Source: Patescibacteria group bacterium
GTDB taxonomy: Bacteria > Patescibacteriota > Patescibacteriia > JAXHNJ01
DNA length: 64,000 bases
NCBI GenBank assembly: GCA_041649715.1
Contig: JBAZMP010000001.1
Location: 515,153 to 579,152, forward strand
Direction: 5' to 3'
The notes under the pieces were generated by a model. It was not told where the DNA came from, made no database searches, and saw only the letters and a list, made by a program, of their open reading frames with translations. The position numbers and the translations under genes were made by a program. The stretch's first letter is position 1; the number at the start of each line of letters is the position of its first letter. Below, piece by piece: positions 55,191-64,000 of this stretch.

Positions 55191-55772
55191 TTAGAACGAG
55201 CAGATGAGCGCGAACCAGCGTTCATTGGTGTCCCCGAGTTTGAACGCGGCGCACAGTCTGGCCGAGCTGAAGGGCCCGACCTTGCCGAGTTCGACGAATG
55301 GGCCGACCCGCGGGTTCAGAGCCTCATCACCGTTCTTGGTGAGATGGCCGATCAGACCGACGGGGAAAGTTCCGCACGTGATCCATTCCCGAAGCAACAG
55401 GAAATTCGGCGCGCCGTGCTGTCCAAACTGCATCAGATCATAGCTCTGCCAGTGTATCGGACCGAAATCCAGGCCGAAGCTTGCGTCGAAGTTCACGTAC
55501 ATGACGCCGATCTTGTCGCCGCCGATATCGCCGAAGCTCAAGCCAGATCCGAACTGGAACGGACCGATCTTGGGTCCGACCGAGAAAGCGACCTCGGTCC
55601 CCGGCGTCGTCCAGATATTGCATCCGAGACGGGGAATGAAAAGAGAGTCTCTGCCCGCGCAACCGAACAGGTTGCCCGTCGGGTAGAACTCGACCGAGGC
55701 GTAGGAACCGGCCAAGCAGACCGCCGGAACCATGAGGATCAGGATAAGCGTGATGAGCATGAACGACTTCAT
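55191..55772 (-). CDS. Array gene: secreted Gly-rich protein (about 193 aa)
   Basis: Signal peptide MKSFMLITLILILMVPAVCLA; AGGAGG RBS. Confidence 0.5.
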   Translation of the reverse strand: MKSFMLITLILILMVPAVCLAGSYASVEFYPTGNLFGCAGRDSLFIPRLGCNIWTTPGTEVAFSVGPKIGPFQFGSGLSFGDIGGDKIGVMYVNFDASFGLDFGPIHWQSYDLMQFGQHGAPNFLLLREWITCGTFPVGLIGHLTKNGDEALNPRVGPFVELGKVGPFSSARLCAAFKLGDTNERWFALICSF

Positions 55773-55819
55773 CGCGAACCTCCTTAAGGCTACAGAGTTT
55801 GGGAACACCCTTCTTCTTC

Positions 55820-55964
55820 GCCACCTCACTGGAGGTGAGGCTAATATGGCAACTTCCACTAGAAAGTGAAAGGCCTGAAAGGATAATCGAGTGAATGACT
55901 TAGTAGACCAAGCCAGACGCTTAAATTATCCTCAATCGATTGTCTCACCCTCCATGGAGGTGGC
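55820..55964. mobile_element. MITE copy B (about 145 bp)
   Basis: Same hairpin ends and internal sequence as copy A. Confidence 0.6.
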
Positions 55965-55995
55965 GAAAAAATGTATAAATGTAAAGGACTTTTTT

Positions 55996-56063
55996 CTCGC
56001 TTGAGCCTGTCAATCTTTTGTTGGCAGACTCGAGTGAGGGGCCAAGACTTAGGAAGCTTGGCC
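55996..56063. repeat. Array element, variant 1, plus hairpin ggggccaagacttaggaagcttggccc
   Basis: CTCGCTTGAGCCTGTCAA-tcttttg-TTGGCAGACTCGAGTGAG. Confidence 0.7.
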
Positions 56064-56085
56064 CAGAAATCTTCTGGAACGAACG

Positions 56086-56430
56086 CTAGCCTCTAAACAC
56101 GTGGAAGTAAGCTTGGTTCACATCAGGAAGAAGCGCTCTGAACACGACTTCATCGTGACGGATGATCTGAATCGCCACAATGGAACAATTATCGATGTTC
56201 AGTATCACCTCTTCGCCTACGTCGACCCTTGGCAGACCGTCAGCCGGAATCACATATCCCTTGCCGTTAACCTTTAGGCTAAGGACGCTATGGAAGCCAG
56301 ACGAAGGCTCGTGCAAGTCCAAGCTTGCTTCTTCTACGACACCGCGTATGACCGTTTCTGTGACAGGTTCACGCTCTTCATACCCAATCTCGCCCATTCT
56401 GTAAACTCTAGTTACTTCCGATATCTTCAT
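56086..56430 (-). CDS. Array gene: small soluble hypothetical protein (about 114 aa)
   Basis: AAGGAG RBS before MKISEVT. Confidence 0.45.
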   Translation of the reverse strand: MKISEVTRVYRMGEIGYEEREPVTETVIRGVVEEASLDLHEPSSGFHSVLSLKVNGKGYVIPADGLPRVDVGEEVILNIDNCSIVAIQIIRHDEVVFRALLPDVNQAYFHVFRG

Positions 56431-56464
56431 CGCCTGCTCCTTTATATAAAGATCTCCTTCCAAA

Positions 56465-56523
56465 GCACTAGTACTTTACTAATGCCTTCGAGAGAGAGGG
56501 CCAAGCCACGAAGGCTTGACCCG
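56465..56523. repeat. Array element (left arm degenerate) plus hairpin gggccaagccacgaaggcttgaccc
   Basis: ...CCTTCGAGAGAGA plus a GC hairpin. Confidence 0.45.
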
Positions 56524-56553
56524 TATGTACGAACGGCGGAAACGCCGGTGTCG

Positions 56554-56781
56554 CTAGATATGCCTGGTAACAAAACGACCCACCAGAGCGATGACGAACC
56601 AGATCGCGAGACAGAAAACGACGTAACCGATCAAGGCGATCGCGATGGCCCCGTAAAAGGCCGGGATCACGATGAGCAAGCGCAGAATGTCGTTTCCGTT
56701 CACGAACTGGATCTTGAGGATCTGGGGGCCGAGAAGAGCGAATAGAATACAGATAATGGTAATCACGATAAACCACTTCAT
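56554..56781 (-). CDS. Array gene: 75-aa two-TM peptide (first gene of the array)
   Basis: GGAGG RBS; hydrophobic profile. Confidence 0.5.
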   Translation of the reverse strand: MKWFIVITIICILFALLGPQILKIQFVNGNDILRLLIVIPAFYGAIAIALIGYVVFCLAIWFVIALVGRFVTRHI

Positions 56782-56814
56782 TTCTGACCTCCGTTTTTTA
56801 TGACCTTCTCAAAG

Positions 56815-56891
56815 ATCTCCTTCTAAGACACTAACCATTGGCTAATGTCCTTGAGAGAGAGGGCAACCATCCGACAGAGTCGTGGTTGCCC
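56815..56891. repeat. Array element (degenerate, upstream of the first gene) plus hairpin gggcaaccatccgacagagtcgtggttgccc
   Basis: ...TCCTTGAGAGAGAG plus a GC hairpin. Confidence 0.45.
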
Positions 56892-57817
56892 AGGCTATCA
56901 CTCATCATTCGCTATGCGATAACTTGATATGATAGAAGGAACGATATGAAAGAGCGAAATTATCGCCAGGTGAATATTTTCATTCATGAATCCACGGGGG
57001 ATTCAATATGAAGACGCTTGCTATTGTCAGGACAATCAAGCGGAGGTGAGATTAAAAGTGGTATCTTCTCAAGCTTTCGCAAAGAGAAGGCCTAAAGGCG
57101 AAGCGCTTGGAGAGGTCGAGTGAAACCCAACCTCGCAAGCCTCTACGCCCAAATAATATCTTTCTCACCCTCCCCTTGACTGTTCTGAAATATTTTTATT
57201 TTGTCGAAGGACTGATGCGGGAGAAGAGGAGGCACTAAGGCCTCCTCCCCTACCGTCTGCTCTGTAAGATCTTACAGAGGAAGTTGGAAGCTAAATTTTC
57301 ATTACCGACCAACTTCCTCTTTACGATCCTTACGAAAAAAGACCCTTCCACATTTGAGAGAGTCTATTCAATCGATTTATAAACAAAACATATGTCTATA
57401 AATCACCGATTCAAAAAATCGGTACTCTCTCCTCATATTAAGTTGTCAAAGTCTCCTCTCCTTTAAGACCTTGTTCTCTCTCCTATTTCTAGCTTGACAC
57501 CTCACTATATAGGGGGGTGGTTTTCTTGTCAAGGGGGGTTATCCCCACCTCTGGCAATTTTGACCTAATCTTAGGTAAAATTAATTCTAAAAAATATCCT
57601 TAAATATTAATTTTTGACGGTTTTTGACCTATTTTTTGCCGCAAAAAAAACAGCCATTTTTAGCCTTTTGTGGATAACTGGCAAAACTCAAACAAACGGG
57701 AGTTTTGCCACCCTGAGCGAAGTCTCGCTAAGCGGGACAAGCGAAGGGTCTTACATTAAAATATATTGCCCCGTGTTTGCGAATGGATCCCGAATAAGAC
57801 AGAGAGTCTAGTCGATT

Positions 57818-59980
57818 TTATTTCCTCTCTAAGATTACTCCGTATTCCCGATCTTTATCCAATGTCGCTTGATATTTGAGCAAGTTATTTTCCTCGGCCA
57901 AGCCTTGGGGCGCCTTAGCCCGCACCTGATAATCTGCCGGTATTTCAAACACCGCTTCTATCCCTGACTCCTTGGCCCCGGCCTGTTTCTGCAGATAAAG
58001 CGAATAAGCCTCTTCTTCCGCCGTCAGTTTAAAGGGCAGCTTATACTTAAGAGTGACTTCTCGGCTTTCCCCCGCCTCCAAATTGAACCAGTTGGCAAAG
58101 CAGGTTTTTCCGAATTCCGAAGTGATCCGAGTTCCGCTTCTTTCGTTTATGACCGGGTCTTTTTCATAGGCCAGTAAATCCTTGTCTTCCGCCGCCTTAT
58201 CATCCGGAAGAATAAACAGATTGGTATCGATCTTAGAAAAACCTGTCGCTTCCAAAAGCTCGGCGCCGGCGGGCACGTATACTCTTAAGTAATCGATATT
58301 TTTTATTTTCGTGTACGCATCCTGCGGGTCTCCCCGATGGGTCCGTTTTATTTTGACGGTGTCAATGATCGTCCCGTCGCTTTGCACAACCACCGCGTGA
58401 TTTATTTCCTGATCTATTACGCCGTCTGTCTTGCCGCCGCCCACATTCGTATTGACGACCATGAGAAAATCTTTTGCGGCGTTCTTAATTTCACCGGCCA
58501 GACCCAGATCTTTCAGGCTGCTTTCCGTTCCCTCATCAGCGGAATAAATCAGGATATCCTTCTCTGTAAATCCCTTTTGAAAAACATTTAAAAGGTCCAG
58601 GAATTCGCCGGACTTTGTTTGGGCAATTTTAGTGATCAAAATAGGCATCAGGTCGCCGATCAGCGCTTTCGGACGGTTCACTTCCTTGTCATACTCTTTT
58701 TCCACTTTCTCTTGCGTTTCCGTAATAAAATTTTCACTGGTAATCACCGTCTGGTATTTATCCAAGGTGATTGGCCCGGTAATCTTTAAAAGCTCTACTA
58801 TGATATCCGGGGTAAAACTTATTATGCCGTCAACCTTAAAACCGCGCGCCGCCTCGTAAAACCAGTTGATCTTAGCCGCCGTGGCCGGAAAATCGGGGAA
58901 CCAGTTGGCATCCTGGATCTGCCACTTATTGTTTACCAGCCACAGGGGTTTGGGCGGAATGATATCCAGGGTTGAATCTTCATTTATTTCATAGGAGCCT
59001 TTGCCGGGAACCTCTAAAATCTTGATTTTGCCCCGGTCCACCTTGACCAAAGCAACGCTGCCGATAAATCCTCCGGTCGCCCGGATTTCCTGGTTATTCT
59101 GGAAAATAAACATATACTCCCGTGATTTTTCCTGGCCCAAAAGCGACGAGGTCACGCCGAAAAGCTTTTTTGCGTATTGGAAATAATCGGCTAAAGCCGG
59201 CAGTATTTGGCGGATTTTTTCCATTTCCGGCCGATACTGCTCGGGCAGGCTCTCCACCTTCACCTTCGCTAAATGACGGCTGATATTATCGATCTTTTTC
59301 TCTATTGTGTCAAAACTTTCATTTAAGGAAAATAAAAACTGGGGCAGGACATATTCATCCTCTTTTACGGCGAGGGCGGAATCCGCCAGGGGTTCGACTC
59401 TTTCGCTGATTATCTGGCCGATCCCGGCCAGCTCCTTGCCCGCCGAAATCAAATGCTGCCCGGAAGTCAGGGTCTGGCCTTTAAAAGGAACCAGCTTTAC
59501 CAGAGCCAGGACCAGACTGTTTATTTTTTTTAATTCTGTTTCCGCGGCGGTAAAATCATTCTGAGCCTGGATAAAACCCTGCTTGGCGGAAGGAATGTCA
59601 AAATTGGTCATCGCCAGTCCGGCCGACTTCAAATCTTCCAGGGCCGTGACGGAAGCGCCCAGCACCTGGCCCTTAACCGTATTAATCCGGCTGAAACCCA
59701 TGGCGGCCATAAAAGGTAAAATGATGATCAAACAAAAAAGGCCGAAAACCAGGATATTGCGCCATTTGATTTCCAAAATAGAGAAGGGGCTTTTCCCCCA
59801 GGTTTTTTCCAGGCGCTTATATATCTTAGCCGATTTGGGCATTGACCTTTCCTTGGCTTTAGTTTCCTGCTCCACTAAAAGTTTCTTTAAGTCAATAACA
59901 TTATCGGAGGGGATCTTCGTCTTCCTTAAATAATCGTCTAGATCTGAAGGTGGTAATTTTTGGTTGGATTTTGCGCTCAT
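57818..59980 (-). CDS. Large N-terminally membrane-anchored extracytoplasmic protein (720 aa), first gene of the polysaccharide cluster
   Basis: Single N-terminal TM after a charged N-terminus; no catalytic motif recognised. Confidence 0.5.
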   Translation of the reverse strand: MSAKSNQKLPPSDLDDYLRKTKIPSDNVIDLKKLLVEQETKAKERSMPKSAKIYKRLEKTWGKSPFSILEIKWRNILVFGLFCLIIILPFMAAMGFSRINTVKGQVLGASVTALEDLKSAGLAMTNFDIPSAKQGFIQAQNDFTAAETELKKINSLVLALVKLVPFKGQTLTSGQHLISAGKELAGIGQIISERVEPLADSALAVKEDEYVLPQFLFSLNESFDTIEKKIDNISRHLAKVKVESLPEQYRPEMEKIRQILPALADYFQYAKKLFGVTSSLLGQEKSREYMFIFQNNQEIRATGGFIGSVALVKVDRGKIKILEVPGKGSYEINEDSTLDIIPPKPLWLVNNKWQIQDANWFPDFPATAAKINWFYEAARGFKVDGIISFTPDIIVELLKITGPITLDKYQTVITSENFITETQEKVEKEYDKEVNRPKALIGDLMPILITKIAQTKSGEFLDLLNVFQKGFTEKDILIYSADEGTESSLKDLGLAGEIKNAAKDFLMVVNTNVGGGKTDGVIDQEINHAVVVQSDGTIIDTVKIKRTHRGDPQDAYTKIKNIDYLRVYVPAGAELLEATGFSKIDTNLFILPDDKAAEDKDLLAYEKDPVINERSGTRITSEFGKTCFANWFNLEAGESREVTLKYKLPFKLTAEEEAYSLYLQKQAGAKESGIEAVFEIPADYQVRAKAPQGLAEENNLLKYQATLDKDREYGVILERK

Positions 59981-59986
59981 TTAAAA

Positions 59987-61114
59987 TTAAATTACCGACT
60001 GATAAACTTCAAGAGTTTTGGCGGCCAGGTCCGGCCAGGAATATTTTTTTACCTGTTTAAAACCTTTTTGACGCAGATCGACGCGCAGGTCTTTGTCATC
60101 GATCAAACGCATAAGGGCGTAAAGCATGCTTTCTTCGTCATCCGCTTCAAAATAATAGGCGGCTTCCCCCAGGACTTCCGGCAGGCAGGAGGAGCGGCTG
60201 GCGGCCACCGGCAATCCTTGAGCCATCGCTTCCAGGGGCGGCAAGCCGAATCCTTCCGCCAGCGAGGGGAAAACATAAAGAAGGGCTTTTTGGTAGATAA
60301 ACTTCAACTCCTCATCCGGCAAATAGCCGGGAAAAAATACCCGCCCACCCAATTTTAACTCATCAACCAGATTTTTCAAACGGGAAAAAAAATAATCCAT
60401 TTTGCCGACCAGAACCAAATTCATGTCGTAACCTTTTTTTGTGACAAGCGTTCTAAAAACGGCCAGCAATTTTTCCAGGTTCTTATGCGGGTAGGCGTTG
60501 CCGACATACAATAAAAAAGGCGGTTTAAACCCGAATTTTTCAAAAAAACGCCTGGCGTTGACCTCCGCGGGCGTGGGCTTAAAATCACTGGTCGCCTCAT
60601 AGGTCACCGTGATTTTATCGGCCGGGACGCCAAAATCATCCATGATCTGTTTTTTTGAATAATGGGAAACGGTGATGATTTTGGCGGATTTTTTCACCGC
60701 CTGACTGATGACCGCCTGATAGACCCGGTGTTTAAGCCCGTATAAAAAGGGGCCCAAAGTTGACGCTCTTTCCGTCGGAAAATGTGACAAAATCAAGTCA
60801 TGGATCGTGACCACAAATTTGCCCCGAAAAACCAGGGGCACATTGAAATGCGGAAAATGCATCAGGTCAAGGCGCTGTTTTCGGATTAACGAAGGAAGGG
60901 CGATCTGTTCGGCTGGTGAATACCAGCGGTAATCAGCCAGCACTTTCTTAAAATTCGGGGCCGGCTTAAACCCCTCCCAAGTTTCCTTTCTTAAAAAAAC
61001 AGTGTATTCGTTTTGCCGGTCCTGCTCTTCAAGATACTGGATCAATTTTTCCGTGTAGCGTCCCAATCCCTTGGTCCCAGGGCCGTAAAATCTCGCGTCA
61101 ATGCCGATACGCAT
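59987..61114 (-). CDS. Glycosyltransferase family 4 (GT-B)
   Basis: EGFGLPPLEAMAQGLPV motif. Confidence 0.8.
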   Translation of the reverse strand: MRIGIDARFYGPGTKGLGRYTEKLIQYLEEQDRQNEYTVFLRKETWEGFKPAPNFKKVLADYRWYSPAEQIALPSLIRKQRLDLMHFPHFNVPLVFRGKFVVTIHDLILSHFPTERASTLGPFLYGLKHRVYQAVISQAVKKSAKIITVSHYSKKQIMDDFGVPADKITVTYEATSDFKPTPAEVNARRFFEKFGFKPPFLLYVGNAYPHKNLEKLLAVFRTLVTKKGYDMNLVLVGKMDYFFSRLKNLVDELKLGGRVFFPGYLPDEELKFIYQKALLYVFPSLAEGFGLPPLEAMAQGLPVAASRSSCLPEVLGEAAYYFEADDEESMLYALMRLIDDKDLRVDLRQKGFKQVKKYSWPDLAAKTLEVYQSVI

Positions 61115-61117
61115 AGT

Positions 61118-61744
61118 CTATAAGTTGTCCTTTTTTTCGTCTTTAAAATAATCAATGAGATATACCAGGAGCAGGGAGACAAACAGACCGGCCAAAAAGC
61201 CGATGACGGTGTTAAGAATAGTGTTTGGCCTGACCGCGACAATCACCGCCGGAGAAGGGACCGCTTCAAAGAGTGATTTTGAGTCGGCGGATTTGTTTAG
61301 ATCAAGGACTTTCTGGCGAATGACATCCACCGCGGCTTGCGCCACTTTATCGGCGATGCCCTCTTCTTTTTCCGTGAATTTAACGCCGATATTCTGTCCT
61401 GAATATTTCTTCGTGTTAAAAAGAGTGGCATACTTATTCATGGAATTGAAGGTCGGATTAATTCCCGCTTTGGCGTATATTTCCTTAACTACGGAGGGCG
61501 TGGAAAACCAGCTGACCACGGTTTGAGACACCAGGTCTGAAGCCTGAATGGCGTAGTAACCGTCATACTGGTACTGGCTTGTCTCTTCCCGGTTGGTCCG
61601 GTTGACGGCAAAAGAAAGAGAAGCCTCGTAGGCCACCGGCTTGAAATAGCTAATTAGAAAAGAGACCAAAGCGGCGGTAACGGTCAAAAAAACCACCAGG
61701 CTCTTATGCTTATTGACGATCAACAAATATTCTTTTAATTCCAT
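61118..61744 (-). CDS. Wzz/YveK-like polysaccharide chain-length determinant
   Basis: TM at both ends, periplasmic domain, position in the EPS cluster. Confidence 0.6.
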   Translation of the reverse strand: MELKEYLLIVNKHKSLVVFLTVTAALVSFLISYFKPVAYEASLSFAVNRTNREETSQYQYDGYYAIQASDLVSQTVVSWFSTPSVVKEIYAKAGINPTFNSMNKYATLFNTKKYSGQNIGVKFTEKEEGIADKVAQAAVDVIRQKVLDLNKSADSKSLFEAVPSPAVIVAVRPNTILNTVIGFLAGLFVSLLLVYLIDYFKDEKKDNL

Positions 61745-61754
61745 ATTTTTTCCT

Positions 61755-62861
61755 TTATTTAATTTTTTCTTGATATTTTAAATAGGTATTTTCCACAAAT
61801 TTTTTGATTCTTTCCTTGAATTTTTCCGTATCATACTCAAAAGCATGATTCTTTATGGCCTGGGGGTTGAATTTTTCCGGCTTGAAACGGATGACCGTAT
61901 CAGCTAAAGCTTCCCACTCCTGATCATCAAAAAAGACTCCGGTCTGGCCGGCAACCACGGTTTCCAGGGCTCCGCCGGCGGCATAGGCGATGACCGGCCG
62001 GCCGGAAGCCATGGCCTCCACAGCCGTGATACCGAAATCCTCCTCCTGGGGATGGATAAAGGCGATCGCTTCGCTGTAAAGCTTTTTTAAATCTTCGCCG
62101 CCCACTTTGCCCAAGAATTCGATATTTGGCTTGGCCATTTCGCGTAATTTCTGGTATTCGGGGCCTTCGCCGAAAATTTTTAAAGGAATTCCCAACTTGG
62201 AAAAAGCCCTCACCGCTAAGTCATATCTTTTGTAGGCGACAAGCCGTCCACCGATCAGATAATAGTCGCCGGTTTTTTCCGCGATAGAAAAATTAGTCGT
62301 ATCTACCGGCGGCAGTATAACGGCCGAATCACGGCGGTAATATTTATGGATCCTTTTCTGGATTGTTTGCGAATTAGCGATAAATTCATCCACGCGGTTG
62401 GCCGCCAGCGTGTCCCACATCCTTAAACGACTTAAATAATAAGGGATAATCTTTTTAATAACCCGATTATAGGAAAGTTCCTCCACGTAACTGTGGGTAT
62501 CGCTCCATAAATACCGCGTCGGTGAATGGCAGTAACAGATATGAACGGTTTTGGGCCGCGTGATCACGCCCTTGGCGAAAGCCGAAGCCGAAGAAAGGAC
62601 CACGTCGAATTCAGAAAAATCAAAGCTTTCGATGGCCGACGGCATCAAAAGCAAAAACCATTTGTATTTTTTTACGCCCCAGGGCAGCCGCTGAATAAAG
62701 GAAGTCCGGATATCTTTGCCGGCAAAAGCAGGGCTGGCTTCTTTTTTATCATAAAGCAAGGTATAGGTCGGCGCTTCGGGATAAAGGTTTTGAAAAACCC
62801 TTAAGACCTTTTCCGCCCCGCCATCCTGGGCTAAATGTTCGTGGACTAAAGCAACCTTCAT
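61755..62861 (-). CDS. Glycosyltransferase family 4
   Basis: EDFGITAVEAMASGRPVIA motif. Confidence 0.8.
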   Translation of the reverse strand: MKVALVHEHLAQDGGAEKVLRVFQNLYPEAPTYTLLYDKKEASPAFAGKDIRTSFIQRLPWGVKKYKWFLLLMPSAIESFDFSEFDVVLSSASAFAKGVITRPKTVHICYCHSPTRYLWSDTHSYVEELSYNRVIKKIIPYYLSRLRMWDTLAANRVDEFIANSQTIQKRIHKYYRRDSAVILPPVDTTNFSIAEKTGDYYLIGGRLVAYKRYDLAVRAFSKLGIPLKIFGEGPEYQKLREMAKPNIEFLGKVGGEDLKKLYSEAIAFIHPQEEDFGITAVEAMASGRPVIAYAAGGALETVVAGQTGVFFDDQEWEALADTVIRFKPEKFNPQAIKNHAFEYDTEKFKERIKKFVENTYLKYQEKIK

Positions 62862-62870
62862 AAATATTTA

Positions 62871-63977
62871 TTACCCGGCTGATTTCCCCGAAAATACGAC
62901 CAAGGGGGTTTTAATGATAATTTGCAAATCAAGATTAAGCGACCAATTTTCAATATAGTAAGTGTCTAATTTTGCTTCTTCATCAAATTTAAGGTCCGAA
63001 CGGCCGGAAATCTGGGCCAAACCCGTAAGACCCGGTTTGATGGCCAAAAGTTTCCTCTGATGTTTTTCGTACTTGGCGACTTCTTCCGGTTCATGGGGCC
63101 GCGGTCCGACCAAGCTCATTTCCCCCCGGAGAACGTTATAAAGCTGGGGCAATTCATCCAAAGAAGTCTTGCGGATAAAGCGGCCGACGCGGGTAATACG
63201 GGGGTCGTTCTTGATCTTGAAAAGAGGGCCGTCGTTTCTTTCGTTCAAAGCGATAAGATTTTTTTTCATTTCATGGGCGTTTCTTATCATCGAACGAAAC
63301 TTAAAAAGGATAAATGGCCGACCGGCCTCGCCGATCCTTTCCAGCCGGACGAAGACGGGGCCGCTGGAATCCAGTTTCACGGCCAAAGCGACGATCAAAA
63401 AAACCGGGGATAAAACCATAAGAAAAAGCAAGGAAAAAATAAAATCCAGGGTTCTTTTAATGATCTTGCCCCAACCGTCCAAAGGCGTTCTTTTCACTTC
63501 AACGATAGGGATACCGGCCATGGTATTCACTTCCAGATGAACCGTTTGAGCTTCGGAAATTCCGGCCGCGTATTTAAATATAAGATGATAATCGTTGCAT
63601 AAATCGATTAATCGCAAAACATCCTCCCGGGGAAGATTATTTTCCGCTTGAATAACCTCATCAATGGCCTTGTTTTGCGCCCAGGAAGCCGCCTGCTTAA
63701 GTTTTTCTTCGTCAAAATTATCAAAACGGCCGGCCAGTTTATAACCCAGGCCGGGTTTGATGCTGATCTCCCGGATAATCTCGTCCGCGGTGCGGTCCGA
63801 GCCGATTACCAAAACATTATGCGTGCCGACACTTCTTCGGAATAAGGCATGCTGCAGGGCTCTGACCAATATCCTGACCAACGAGACAAAAATTATGCTC
63901 AAGACCCAGCCGGAAAGAATGATGAAACGAGAAGAAAAAAATTCGCGCTTAAAGAAAATGATGATGATGATCAACAT
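62871..63977 (-). CDS. Polyprenyl-phosphate sugar phosphotransferase (bacterial sugar transferase, WbaP/CpsE-like)
   Basis: DELPQLYNVLRGEMSLVGPRP signature; N-terminal TMs. Confidence 0.8.
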   Translation of the reverse strand: MLIIIIIFFKREFFSSRFIILSGWVLSIIFVSLVRILVRALQHALFRRSVGTHNVLVIGSDRTADEIIREISIKPGLGYKLAGRFDNFDEEKLKQAASWAQNKAIDEVIQAENNLPREDVLRLIDLCNDYHLIFKYAAGISEAQTVHLEVNTMAGIPIVEVKRTPLDGWGKIIKRTLDFIFSLLFLMVLSPVFLIVALAVKLDSSGPVFVRLERIGEAGRPFILFKFRSMIRNAHEMKKNLIALNERNDGPLFKIKNDPRITRVGRFIRKTSLDELPQLYNVLRGEMSLVGPRPHEPEEVAKYEKHQRKLLAIKPGLTGLAQISGRSDLKFDEEAKLDTYYIENWSLNLDLQIIIKTPLVVFSGKSAG

Positions 63978-64000
63978 TATGGCGGTTGAGCAAGCGACAA

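Larger units (their letters stand above)
47031..56891 (-). other. Cassette-array-like locus: 17 co-oriented small envelope-protein genes separated by a conserved bipartite hairpin element; GC-rich relative to the host
   Basis: See the repeat, mobile element and CDS entries below. Confidence 0.6.

Noticed and set aside
47031-56891. Array elements as canonical integron attC sites
   Set aside because: attC has its conserved R''/L'' and L'/R' boxes at the two ends of a single hairpin around a variable centre, with RYYYAAC / GTTRRRY cores. Here the conserved arms are adjacent with a 4-9 nt loop, and the variable hairpin sits beside them, not between them. No conserved GTT/AAC cores occur. I keep this only as an attC-like analogy.
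1-64000. CRISPR arrays
   Set aside because: No regularly spaced identical direct repeats of 20-50 bp with unique spacers occur. The array elements are about 1 kb apart and separated by genes.

Overview
The window is about 64 kb from an AT-rich bacterium (host genes roughly 40% GC by eye) whose gene content looks like a small-genome CPR/Patescibacteria-type organism. The backbone carries a form II/III RuBisCO, AMP phosphorylase and ribose-1,5-bisphosphate isomerase salvage module. It also carries FtsE/FtsX and a MacB-like ABC pair, a fused RlpA-like/D,D-carboxypeptidase, MurJ, LepA, GltX, Def-Fmt, IscU, a PriA homolog with degenerate ATPase motifs, the AmmeMemoRadiSam trio, three tRNAs and a polysaccharide biosynthesis cluster at the 3' end. 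Two conspicuously GC-richer accessory segments interrupt this backbone. Island 1 runs from about 7.6 to 13.2 kb, with outliers at 4.7-5.2 kb and 15.2-15.7 kb, next to a XerC/XerD-family tyrosine recombinase. It is a string of about 10 self-contained single-gene modules, each encoding a small, mostly Cys-rich or zinc-ribbon protein. Each module has a near-identical strong promoter (TCTTGACA, exactly 17 bp, TAnnnT with an upstream TGn) and its own hairpin terminator, and one module has no ORF (candidate sRNA). Island 2 runs from about 47.0 to 56.9 kb and is the most unusual feature. It is a co-oriented minus-strand array of 17 small genes encoding membrane-anchored, lipoprotein, secreted, pilin-like and cold-shock-domain proteins. 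Nearly every intergenic gap, plus both ends of the array, carries a copy of a conserved bipartite element. The element is an imperfect 40-46 nt palindrome with conserved mismatch positions and co-varying arms, followed immediately by a sequence-variable GC-rich hairpin. The array also contains two copies of a hairpin-ended MITE, a second small IR-bounded insert, a paralog duplication whose 3' non-coding flank is better conserved than the coding sequence, and an unannotated 49-aa membrane peptide. It is flanked by structured non-coding regions of about 430 bp and about 900 bp. The layout is cassette-array-like (integron-like or REP/RAYT-like) but matches neither canonical attC nor any element I can name, and no cognate recombinase is evident inside the window.
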